Source of the DNA: Mobula birostris
Taxonomy: Eukaryota
Assembly (NCBI RefSeq): GCF_030028105.1
Contig: NC_092382.1
Span: forward strand, 59,347,764-59,411,763
Length of the DNA stretch: 64,000 nt
Direction: 5' to 3'
Shown: piece after piece, positions 26,717 to 37,400 of the stretch
Layout of the letters: each line of letters opens with the position of its first letter
Numbering within the stretch: the first letter of the stretch is position 1
The notes under the pieces: generated by a model
Databases searched by the model: none
Told to the model about the DNA's origin: nothing
Seen by the model: the letters and a program-made list of their open reading frames with translations, nothing else
Made by a program: the position numbers and the translations under genes

Positions 26717-26809
26717 ATCCAGCCTCTGAACCAACTCCACAAACTGAGGGGACAACTCCTGAGCTAAGCGATGATTTGTCCACAATCAAGGACCCAGATA
26801 CAAGCTCAG
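26717..26809 (+). CDS. Mucin-like repeat exon copy 13 (DPASEPTPQTEGTTPELSDDLSTIKDPDTSS)
   Basis: ttgcag|...|gtatca, 93 bp, open. Confidence 0.75.
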
Positions 26810-28589
26810 GTATCAGTTGTGGGGATGTGTTTTACAGAGACTCCTCTGCAACTAACATTCAATGGATTCCACCAGCATCACACAACTAAATGAGGGGAGA
26901 TGGATGGTGGAGTGGCAGAGAGGGATGCATGATTGAGTGGCTGAGGGGGATAAGTGATGACATGCCTGAGGGGAATGGGTGACGTGTATGGGAGACACCG
27001 AGTGAGAGGGGTGTGGAACCAAGTAAAAGTGTTGCATGGTGGGCTAGATCAATTGGAGTGGACACAAATATCCACTGTGCAGTGACTGTTTGGAGGCCAT
27101 TTGGTTTGGTACATGGGTAGAATAGAAGATCATGTGCTGTGGTAAACATGAAGTGATATGAATGTACAGATGTTTGGGATAATTGAGGGGCTGCAACATT
27201 TAGGGTCAGATCTGAGTATCCCTGGATGCTGCATACTAGACACTTGATCTGGTGTGTCTGACGTATTTGGAAGATGTGACCTAGATTGGGAATGGAGAAA
27301 TTATCAGAGGCTTTGAGCCATCTGGTAGAAAGATGGAGGAGATTCGTTTGGGATGACTTCGGATATCTCAGGGGAGGAAGATGCGGTCTGCAGAGACTGT
27401 TGGTTGGATGAGTGTTGTCTAACCTTAATGTCTGGGCGTGATGGACGTGTGTTGGTACGATGGAAGGCTGGTTGTGGTGATTACTGTTGTCTCCTCCCAT
27501 CTCAAGCTAGCACAATACATCCTCTCCTACACTCACCATGTGTCCCTGATTTAACACACATTCCCTCTCTTGGGAACAGTAGGGTGCAGAGCATGACTTT
27601 GTCCACAATCCCAGAACCATCTACAAGCACATTTGTCAGTGGGAGCTGTTTTAGAAATGGAGTCTCACCCAAGTCTCTGTGGTGAAGCTGTGGACTGGTC
27701 TGTGGGATGAAGTGAATAATGTCCCAGGTTACAAAACCTCTCCTTATAACTTTGATACTGAAATCCAGGCAAATGTCTTGAGAATATTTTACACAGTCTT
27801 TCTGTGAGTGCATGGACTGGGCTGACAGCAACAGTGGTGGAGGTAGATACAATGGTGTCTTTTAAGAGACTCTTGGACAGGTATATGGAGCTCAGAAAAA
27901 TAGAGGGCTATGGGTAACCCCAGGTAATTTCTCAGGTAAAGACATGTTCGTCATAGCTTGTGGGCCAAAGGACCTGTATTGTGCTGTAGGTTTTCTGTGT
28001 TTCTACGTTTCTCGTTTGATGACATCTTTCCGAAAACAGGATGGACGAAGCTGTGAGCCTGTTATTCTGAGTGCAGCCTCATCACCATCTCATAGCACTA
28101 CAGCATAACTTGTCACCTCCTTTGGTCAATGCCCTGATTGATGAAGGTCAGCATAATATGCAAACAGGTGAACCATCTGGCAAACTGTATTTTCCGTATT
28201 TGAGGAAATATCCATTCTTGCAAAGAAAAATAGGAAAACTCTTCAAACTGCATGGAAGCTCATTGGAAGCCAGTCTAGTATGAAATAACTTTGAATTTTT
28301 AAAGCTCTGTAGAGGTGGTAACTGAGTTTCCTCACCACAGCTCATAGGTGAATATGCTATTATTATTAATCTGAACATGCATCTGATGCTGTTTAACATT
28401 CAGGATCACTTAAGTAACCCGGCCGGTTCTCATCATTCTGAGTGAGGTGGTAGTTTTGCATCAATGTATCTTTTCAGGGAGATTTTCTCTGACAGTCTTA
28501 CTTACTCACACAAATATGCTGCATTTATTCAAGTCTTCAGTTTCACATTGATGGACTGATGGTTGAGTAATTGCCTGTCATGTCCTTAA

Positions 28590-29200
28590 AACCATAAGGC
28601 ATCTGGGAATGTACCCACTGGAACTCAGAAGAATGAGGGGGGATCTCATTGAAACCTATCGAATGTTGAAAGGCCTCGAAAGAGTGGATGTGGAGAGGAT
28701 GTTTCTTTTGGTAGGGGAGTCTTAGACCAGAGGACGCAGACTCAGAATAAAGAGATTTCCACTTAGAACATATTGAAGAGGATTTGTTTTCAGCAGAGAA
28801 TGGTAAATCTGTGAGTTTTTTTTATCACGGGTGGCTTAGGACGTCAAGTGATTGGGTATAGTTTCGGTAATGGTTCATCAGGGCATGAAGACAGAAGTTT
28901 GTAGCTGAGCATGAAATGTATCAGCCATGATGAAATGAAGCATAATTGATGGGCCAAATGGCCTAATTCTGCTCGAATGGTTGTATAAGAGCATAATTAG
29001 GCCATTTAACCCATTATGTGTGCCCCATTCCATTAATGCTCTCAACTCCATTCCCTGCCTTCTCCCCATAACGTTTGACACTGGAATAAACAAGAGTCTA
29101 TCAGCCGCGTCTTCAACTATACTCAATGACGTGACTACCACAGCCGTCCATGGCAACGAGTTTCACAGAAACACCCACCTGCTGGTTGAAGAACATCCTC
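28590..29200. mobile_element. Two decayed CR1 3' ends, tail-to-tail
   Basis: Plus: 'ctggaactcagaagaatgagggggatctcattgaaacctatcgaatgttgaaaggcct...gggccaaatggcctaattctgct'. Minus copy from ~28990: 'aattaggccattt...tctccccataacgtttgacac'. Confidence 0.7.
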
Positions 29201-29559
29201 CTTATTTTATGTTATTCATTTATTTAGTGATACTGAGAGGAGGAAGCCCTTTCAGCACTTTGAGCCATGATGTCCCAGCCAACACCGACAAACCTGATTA
29301 TTCCTAAACTAATCATGGGACAATTTACAATGGCCAATTATCCTAAACGGCATGTCTTTTGACTGTGGAATGAATCCTGTGCACCCAGGGAAAACCCACG
29401 CATTTCACAGAGAGGACACAAAAACTCCTTACAGAATGGCACCAGGGTTGATCTCCAAACTCCAGAATGTTCCGTGCTGTAATATTGTAGAGCTCACCAC
29501 TACGCTACTGTGACGCCCATCTCTGTAGTAAATGGACATTCCTCAAGTCAGATGTTTAA

Positions 29560-31000
29560 AAGATCATTACTAATGCTTGCACAATCCTTTAGGCTGCCTC
29601 CTTCAGACCCCTTGGGGTGTAGTCCATCTGGATCAGGTGAATTTTCTACCTTCAGACATTTTCTCTCCAAGCACCTCCTTCACCCGACACTCTCAAATTT
29701 GTGGCATACTGCCTCTGTCTTCCACAGTGAAGACAGACACAAAATAACTTCTTTGTCCCACGTTACTACCTCCCAGTGTCAGTTTCCAGCATTCTGATAC
29801 TAGCCCTCATTTCTCGTTTCCTGTTTATACAGCTGAAACTTCTGGGATCTTCGTTTATATTATTGAATAGCTTTCCTTCATATTTCAGCTTTTCTCTTAT
29901 ATTTTTTTTAGCTGCCTTCTTGTTTGTTTTCAAAGTTTCCTAATCATCTAACTTTCCACTAATCGTTGCTACGTTATATGCCCTCTCTTTTCCTTCAATG
30001 CATCTTTGACTTCCCTTGTCACCCACAGTCGTCTCGCCCTTCCTTGAGAGTACTGCTTCATCTTTGAGATGTATCTATCTTCACCTTCAAAAGTGCCTCG
30101 AGAAACTCTTGCAATTCTTTTTCTAAATTCTCTCTCTGCTACTATCCCCTTTCAATCAACTTTCACCACCTCCTGTCTCATGCCTCTGTAATTCCCTCTA
30201 CTCTGCTGAAATATGGATTCATCTGACTTCATTCTCCTTCTGAAACTGTAGGGTAAATTCTTTCACATCATGAACAGTGCCACGTAAGGGTTGTTTACCG
30301 TCATCCACTCATGCAATACTACCATCATCCAATTCCTGCTTTGTGAATGGGAGATATGTGACACTGGGAGTTATCCAGAGATTACTGCCTTGCTCTTCAG
30401 CCTCTTCCATAATTCCCTATACTTTCTGTGCAGGCCCCCTTCCCACTTTCTGACTGCTCACAATCCCTCCTGAAAATATTTTGCAGTCTCTCTGAGCCAT
30501 CCTTGATCCTAGCACCTGGAAGACCATCCTGTTGCCATAGAATTTGCTGTCAGTCCCTGAACGATTGAGTGTCCTACCACCATTGCTCAACTTGAATTTA
30601 CCCTTTCCCTCTGAGCCTTAGAATCAGCCACATTGCCACGACCTGGTAGATGTGACTGTGCTTTGATAGGTCATCCCCCCAACAGTATCCACAGGGTGCT
30701 GTATGGCACAGCCACTGGGGAACCGTGTACTATCTGCTTACTCCCCATAGATCTCCAACTGATCAACATTTTACAATCTGAAGGTTGCACACACCTCAGT
30801 GAAAGTTTCATCGAAGAGGTTTTCAGCCTCCAGGATGTTCCAGAGTACGTCTGGCTCAATTTCCTTGATCTCCTCAGTCAGGACCTCAAATTGGACTTCC
30901 TGCAGATGTCGAGTTCAGGGAGTCTCTAAGGTATGCGGAAATCCCATATAATACAGGAGGAACATTCCACTGCCTAAGCTATCATCCTGCCTACAATAGT
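29560..31000 (-). mobile_element. Highly decayed CR1 LINE internal fragments
   Basis: Plus-strand reads such as 'gggtgtagtccatctggatcaggtgaatt' (reverse of SPGPDGLHP) and 'tgcctctgtcttccacagtgaagacagacacaaaataac' (reverse of YFxSVFTVED). Confidence 0.6.
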
Positions 31001-31765
31001 GATATCTTTGACTCTTAACATCTTAAGCTTAAGTTCTGCAATCAACTACATGATTTCAAACAACTCAGAACCTTAGCCTCTGCCTGTTGAGTCAAAGCCT
31101 GACCATTCTTACTCCAACAATGGCTGCTCTGCTTATACTTCGTTTCTTTTTGTTGACCCTTGAAAAGTCACCAACAATCCAGGTGATTTTCTGCTCAACA
31201 CACATGTCCTATCAGGTCTCGGTCACATTTAAAAGCTGGTGCATAAAGTCTACAAGGAACCAGCTCCAACTCTCTCAGTGACTTTCTGCTCGTAGGCATG
31301 TCCTGACTTGCCCCTTTTGCTTTTTAAACCTGGCACGTGAAATCCACAAAAAAAAACTCAGATTCACTCTGTGATCTCCCACTCAGCAGATATAAGTAGG
31401 AAGAATAATAGTTACGCCTGGAGGAGAAGAATAAGGAAAGTGAGATGGGACCCATGCCAAGATGCAGGGTGAAGAAAACAGGAGTAAAAGAAAGGACTAG
31501 GTCTGGGATTGCCCATGTGCACAGTGATGTCCTCAGGCTCAGGAGTGATCAGTGAGGATTACTGCAAGGAAATGTGGCTCCCACATTTCTTCCCTGAAAT
31601 TCATCCCCGCCCAGAAGGAGGGTAATATCAATTGTTTGTGTGGGAAAGATGGTGAAGGTAAGAGGGATAAAATGAAGCCAGTTCTCTGCTCCACAAGCAT
31701 CTCTCCCAGCCCAATGACTATTCTCAAAGTCCTCACCCACAACTCTCTCTGTTGTTTTATTCCAG

Positions 31766-31861
31766 ATCCCCAGATATCCACAAGTGAAGAAGCTGGAAAA
31801 TCATCAACTGGAGGACACAACCAGGAACCATCATCTGTCCCAATGGGAGATACATCGACAG
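31766..31861 (+). CDS. Divergent Ser/Thr-rich exon (DPQISTSEEAGKSSTGGHNQEPSSVPMGDTST), phase 1-1
   Basis: 'ctctctctgttgttttattccag|ATCCCC...TCGACAG|gtacc'; 96 bp; same DP start and phase as the repeat exons. Confidence 0.7.
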
Positions 31862-31959
31862 GTACCAAATCCTGTGTCTGTGGGGTTCAATCAGTCTCTC
31901 CCATTCTCTCACCAAGAATGTCTCATGGGTTAATTCACCTGCTGGACATCCAGTGTAGT

Positions 31960-32542
31960 GCACAGTATTGCCAAAAGTTTGAAGCCCTGTATCTCAGGAA
32001 AAAAATGTTGTTATTGGAGAGAGTCCAGAGGACTCTACACAGGACCCTGCTCTGTAGGGTCCAGAGGGTGACTCTAGGAATGAAGGGATTGATATATAAG
32101 GAGCATCTGGCATCTTTTGGCCTTTGGTACTCACTGGAATTTGGAAGAATGCAGAGGGATCTAATTAAAACCTACCCATTGTTGAAAGGACTAGTAAAGA
32201 TGTATGTGGAGAGGATGTTTCCTATGGCAGCGGTGTCCAGAACTAGAAGGCATAACCTCAAAAGTGAGGGGCAACCCTTAAATAGAGCAGAGGTAAGGAG
32301 ACATTTTTTTAGCCAGAGGGTAGTGAATCTGTGTGGTGCTGCTCTGCCATAGACTGCTGTGTAGGCCAAGACCATGGGGATACTTAAGTGAAAATTGATA
32401 GTTTCCTCATCAGTAAGGGCAGCAAAGATTATAGCGAGAAGGCAGCTGTACAGGGTTGAGTGGGATCTAGGATCAGCAATGATGGAATAGCAGAGCAGAT
32501 TCAAAGGGGTGAATGGCCTAATTCTGTTCCTGTGTCTTATGG
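31960..32542 (+). mobile_element. Decayed CR1 3' end
   Basis: LERVQR...SLEFGRMQRDLIKTY...FFSQRVVNL in ORF 31552-32352; 3' end 'gaatggcctaattctgttcctgtgtcttatggtc'. Confidence 0.85.
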
Positions 32543-33586
32543 TCGAATTGTAGAGGTGAATGACATCAGGTTTTCATTTCCCTCCTTGGCCACATTTCAT
32601 CATTGTCTGAGATCAGTCAAAGCAATGGTCTGGACTTCCTGGAGGTTCATTCTGTTTCATGCTGAAAGCAGTGACAGTTGTTTAGGAGAGCAATCTGGTC
32701 GTGCAAGAGTAAATGCCATAGAGTCTTAAAGATTTCACCGCAGTTGGAAAGCATGCATTCCCCCAACTCCTATCTCACCCTGAGGCTATATTTTAGTGAT
32801 TGTAGTCTGTCGAACTGTTATGTTCCTTTTTTATTTTATTGTCTACATCTGCTGACTTCCAAAGGTAAAGGACACAGTGTGTCAACAACTACAGGACCCA
32901 TCTAAGAAACATCCTCTTCCCAAGGGAAAGAAACTTGCTCAGGTATTGTGTGTGTGCATGTGTCTGTGTGTGTCTGTCAGGGTGGCGGGGGGTTAATGCA
33001 AGTTGGTTTGCTGGAGGGCCCTCAGTCAGATTTGGTGCCCAGTGACATCATGTGTAATCTACCCACAGGATGCAGGAAGAAATACCATATTTGCACATTG
33101 TTGGAGGAACTTCTCTGAAACTATGTTATTCCTTGTGTAAATATCACAGCATACACTCCGCTTATATTTTCTCAGCCCATAGCTCCTATTCTGCACCCTC
33201 ACTCTTGTTCTTTGATGGTCTCTATATCTTCTTGCTGTATACCCCACACCTCATTCCAAACGCTTCCCATTGCACCAGACTGCCTTTTTGTGGCAGTCCG
33301 TACATCTTATTTGTGAAGATCAGTTAATCCCATTAGTTGTATCCAAAATTAGACTCAAATGAGACCCCTCCCTGTCACCTGCCTTTACCCCTTCTCATCC
33401 ATCCCCGTCCATTCAACCTTCTTGCCCTGCTGAGCCTCCTTTACATTTCAGTGCAGATCATGATGTGCTGCATTCTCTGGCAATGTGATTTCCAATCCCA
33501 CCTTCACAATCCCCCATACTTTGGGTGTCGCTGCCTCTGGGTCAGGCCAGGTGGAAATGTAACTCAAAACTGCGTTAATCTTCCAG

Positions 33587-33693
33587 TCAATGGACTCCCA
33601 ACAAAGGAGGAGTGTGAAAAGATGATTAACACGGCCCTAGTATTATATGTTGGACAGAACAACCTGGAAAACTCCAAGGAGTATCTCCATCAG
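33587..33693 (+). CDS. Candidate exon (V)NGLPTKEECEKMINTALVLYVGQNNLENSKEYLHQ, phase 1-0
   Basis: 'ttaatcttccag|TCAATG...CATCAG|gtgaga'; 107 bp; in frame with the 31766 exon. Confidence 0.6.
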
Positions 33694-34849
33694 GTGAGAG
33701 GTTTATTCCACATTTATTCTGGTTTGAAGATTCTGACTAATGTAGCTGTGGTTGTAGCTCCCCATCCCAGTGAGCCTGAATTTTCCCCTCCCATTCCCAG
33801 TGACCACCGTTTCTCATTGAATGGTGGATATCCATCCTCTGTGAGGAACAGTTGCTGCTCCCAGTTTGCCATTTGTAACTAACATTGTTTCCCAACCGCA
33901 ATCAAAGTTACTTAAACTCTCCATCAACACAGATTGAATGTCTCACCTTTTCATAGTTTGAATTTCCCCCATCAGCCTTACTCCTTCACTCCCAGATACC
34001 ACTGAGATTTCTGTTGTAGGGGTTCAGTGCAATCATATTTGGGTGTTGATTTGGACATGCGTCTCTGCCAAGTGAGGTGTTAGGGTGCTTCTTTTCTCTG
34101 GTGGCCTGCAGGCCACCCTCGGATAAACCCACAGATTAAGGTCACATGAAACCATGGGTGCAAGCGGTGAATGGTTGTATGAACAGTTGGTGCAGATCAC
34201 AAATCCTGATCATGCAACCCCAGGCAGACAAGATCTGAAGTTCATTGATACTGCCCAGAAGAAGGCAGTAACAAAGCACTTCTGTAGAATAAGATGGTAT
34301 TGCTTCACTGGTGGGAGGTGGGGGCTGGGGGTGATGTTTTTGCTAAAGCAGGTAGGGGGAGTGGGTGAGAGTACTGTTGATGGTTTTGCTGATGTTTATA
34401 CATGGGAGGGTGAGGAGGGTTTTGGGGTTTAAAATTTTCTGTCTGTCTTTGTGTTTTTTTCTGTTTTTTGAATGACTGTGGGGAGTAAGACTTTCAGGTT
34501 GCATAGATCATCACATACTGAACTATTACACAATCATGATCATGAACTGGCATGATGATGATGGTGAGTGGAATCATCTCAATAAAGAGCTCCCATTTTT
34601 TTAAGATAAGAATTCTCAACATTAATCGAGGAATCAATGGACCACAGGTTGAGGACACTTGAGCTAGACTGAGGGAGGTGAAAAGTATTCCCTGGTTTCT
34701 TTGGTTGGAGGCAGCATTCCATCTGAGGAAGAAGGGGCTAGGGTTTGAATATGAGGACTGAAATAGAAATTTTCTTCTGTCCAGTTAAAGGACAATGTAA
34801 TCCTTATTTAAGAGGAAGGCATTACCCCTAATATGGAGCAGAGACTGCC

Positions 34850-35290
34850 ACGCTTTTGGAGGAGGGGAAATCTCCTGCATGTGTCCAGCGTGGGGCCTTC
34901 AATGTTTTGGAAGAAGAGATGCCGGGGTGTGACAGGAAAAATCATTCTCCTGGTGATTTCCATGGAGATTTCCATAAATCCTCAGCAAAGGGTGTCCTTT
35001 AGTGGGAAGGAATTTCCTCTGGTAGGGGTAGATTTGTATATTGATTGACGAGGAATGTGAACAGTCCAATTCAGAAGGAATGGATTTCTGCCAGGGTACA
35101 GTGAATGTGGATTTCCCCTGCTAGGGGTAGATTTGTATATTGATTGATGAGGAATGTGATCAGTCCGATTCAGAAGGAGTGGATTCCTGCCAGGGTACAG
35201 TGGATATGGTTCCTGGTGTGAAGAGGAAGCAATCTCCTGATGTTCGGTGACAGAGTCTGTGGGTGATGGGGGGGAGGTGTGAGGGGTGTC
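34850..35290 (-). mobile_element. Ancient Penelope-like RT remnant with an internal 99-bp tandem duplication
   Basis: Minus-strand DSVTEHQEIASS resembles the Penelope RT N-terminal region. Similar to 37040-37400. 'aggggtagatttgtatattgattga' occurs at 35024 and 35123. Confidence 0.4.
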
Positions 35291-35370
35291 TCTGAGTCAT
35301 CATCCCCACATAGTGCTGTCTAACTCTGTTTCTTCATCTGTTCCTCACCATCGACTGCCCTCGTCAATAG

Positions 35371-35442
35371 GTTAGATGCCGAGAGAGTAGGTCTGTCTTG
35401 TCCAAGTGCAAAGGTTACACAGAACAGAAGGAAAAGAATTGA
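35371..35442 (+). CDS. Candidate terminal exon VRCRESRSVLSKCKGYTEQKEKN*
   Basis: ctaac branch-like site (~35320), long pyrimidine tract, 'tcaatag|GTTAGA'; phase 0 matches the previous exon; TGA at 35440-35442. Confidence 0.5.
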   Translation, partial: VRCRESRSVLSKCKGYTEQKEKN

Positions 35443-36680
35443 TACTCTGGATCCTGAATTACGATCATTCAATGTATCACTGGACAATGGGAGCTGTTGC
35501 TGATGATGTGGTACTGTGGCAGGAAATTTGGGATGATAGTGAGAAATATAAGCTGAAATTGTATGATTATCCGTTTAGCTTTTGCATTCTCTCGAAGTTA
35601 TTGTTAAACCAATTGTTCTTTCGTTCTGCCAATTGCAGAGAGTGCCCGGTGACCAGTGAACCCCAATGCTTTTCAGAATGCTACCTGCCTTACTCTGTGA
35701 GGACAGATGTTGCTCTTAATTTCCTTCAGTAATTACTTCAGTTCTCCATTATTGTGGTTAACCTTCCCACATATTCAGAGTTTTCCATTCCAGAGTCAGT
35801 CCTGCTTCCTCATTCCCTGATACCGCAGAGTTTCCCTTCACATTTCTGCCAATGATATCTCGACTCAGCTCCGGTTGCCATAGTTTGGTGTTGGTGGTGA
35901 CCACTTTATAACTTTTCTGGTGTTTAATGGCATGGTTTTCCCTTCACTTTGAGCAGATTAGGTTCCTCTGATTTGCAGAGTAGGAGGTTATCCGTGTACT
36001 AGTTGAAGTGTTTCCTTCAATTTTGGAGGGACAATTATCTCCCAATTTGTGTAAAGGAAATTACAGTTCTACTGGATTTGCAAATGCAATATGCAGTTAT
36101 GGGTGGGCTATTGATGGGAATCCAACTCTTTTGAATTTTGGATTTCCTGTGGTGTAGAAAGATGGGTGAGAATGCACACAAAAAAAAAAAAAACTGGAAA
36201 CACCCTTCAGAACAGGCAACACTGGGAAGGACAACCAGACTTAATGCTTCATCTCAAAGAACCTTTGTTGGAAGTATAAAGGAAACAGGAAAGTATGGGG
36301 AAGACAAGTGTGGCTCTATTTGAGAGACGAGAATACATTGCAATGAGAAAGGCAGTCTGATGTAGGAAAATTAATTTACCTGTCTGGAGGGGCTTATGGA
36401 ATATCCTATATTAAGGGAGTAGGAAATACTCCCTTGTTTTTTTTTCTGGGGAGGAGGTTTATGGAATATGCTATATTGAGGGAGTAGGAAATACTCCCTT
36501 GTTTTTTTTCCTGAATAATTGGTTTGAGATGGAGATCTGTTTTCTCCTGAGTCAAGGGAAATTGGAATACGTATTCCGTAAGAAGGAGTTAAATTACATC
36601 TAGTTTTTAAAATTATTATAAACAGGTTTCCTCCATCTAACACACAGACACCCCAAACATGACTTGCTCTGCTCACTCAC

Positions 36681-36765
36681 CAGGAACTCCAGTGACGGCA
36701 ATGACCGTGTACAATATTTTCTGCACAGTGCCGTACCTAACCCACATTTCAGACATTTTGTCCAT
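36681..36765 (-). pseudogene. Orphan first coding exon of a GPR139-like GPCR (MDKMSEMWVRYGTVQKILYTVIAVTGVP)
   Basis: 85 nt ending GTTCCTG|gtgagt, phase 1. Same pattern (Y..I...G[IV]P plus phase-1 intron) as exon 1 of the intact gene at 46085. No exon 2 found. Confidence 0.7.
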
Positions 36766-37039
36766 CCAGTGATTTGACCCCAGACACCACAGACGATCTC
36801 TATGAATAAAATATTGTCTGTGATTTGAAATACCACTTAGCCACTCCAAAGTGACAGATTTCAACAGATTTAAAAATAAAGATTTTGAACAAGCCATTAC
36901 ATCACACGAGTGTAATCCCTGCACTGACAGATTGTGATTAATTTAGTGAATTATTTTAGGTACTATTTGTGTGAATTGGTTTGTTCCAACAAAGATTTGT
37001 GTCTGATTACAGAGGAAAAGATAGTCTTGTATGCAGAGT

Positions 37040-37400
37040 GAGGGATCTTCACAGGTTTGGAAAACAGGATTCCTTGGTGTGATGTGGAAGTTGATTCCCC
37101 TGGTGTACACACAGGGAGATTTCCATGAACCGTGAGGGAGGGGTGTTCTCTAGTGTTTTGGAAGGTGATTTGCTCTGGTGAGGGAAAAGTTGGTTGGTGA
37201 TTAATGAGGAACATGAATAATCTGATTTGGAAGCAATTAAGTCTCGCAGTGTTTTGGGGATGTGGGTCTTGGTGTGAAGGAAGGGGATTGTCTTGGTGTT
37301 AAGCGATGGATTTCTGTGGATGATGGTGAGTGGAGGGAAGCTCCCTGCTGTCTGGCTGGGGGTCATGAGCCCACGAGTGCAAATTAACCATGTTTCTTCA
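37040..37400 (-). mobile_element. Ancient Penelope-like RT remnant
   Basis: KTLRDLIAS and (other frame) HLPKH resemble Penelope RT motifs; paralogous to 34850-35290. Confidence 0.4.

Larger units (their letters stand above)
240..27705 (+). repeat. Tandem array of ~1.2-1.5 kb exon-bearing units (13 exon copies) with inserted TEs
   Basis: The same ordered blocks recur: 'gtcagat(c/a)tgagtatccctggatgtt', 'ctttgtccacaatccc', a CR1 fragment ending 'ggaaagatgttggagtccc', 'tgtttattacagATCC..acaagctcag gtatcagttgtgggga', then a G-rich tract. The ORF track shows the same peptide repeatedly. Confidence 0.95.

Noticed and set aside
10498-26809. Repeat exons as an SCPP mineralisation gene or Ser-Gly proteoglycan
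   Set aside because: SCPP coding introns are phase 0 and these are phase 1. The SSG seen in the ORF track reads into the intron and becomes SSD after splicing.
31552-32352. 266-aa ORF as one protein
   Set aside because: Chance fusion of intron sequence, the 96-bp exon and a CR1 3' remnant.
34100-34300. Extra exon between 33693 and 35371
   Set aside because: The sequence looks like a dispersed short retroelement ('actgcccagaagaaggcagtaacaaagcacttctgtagaa') and lacks convincing splice sites.
36394-36510. ~65-bp tandem duplication with T-runs
   Set aside because: Simple local duplication with no further structure.
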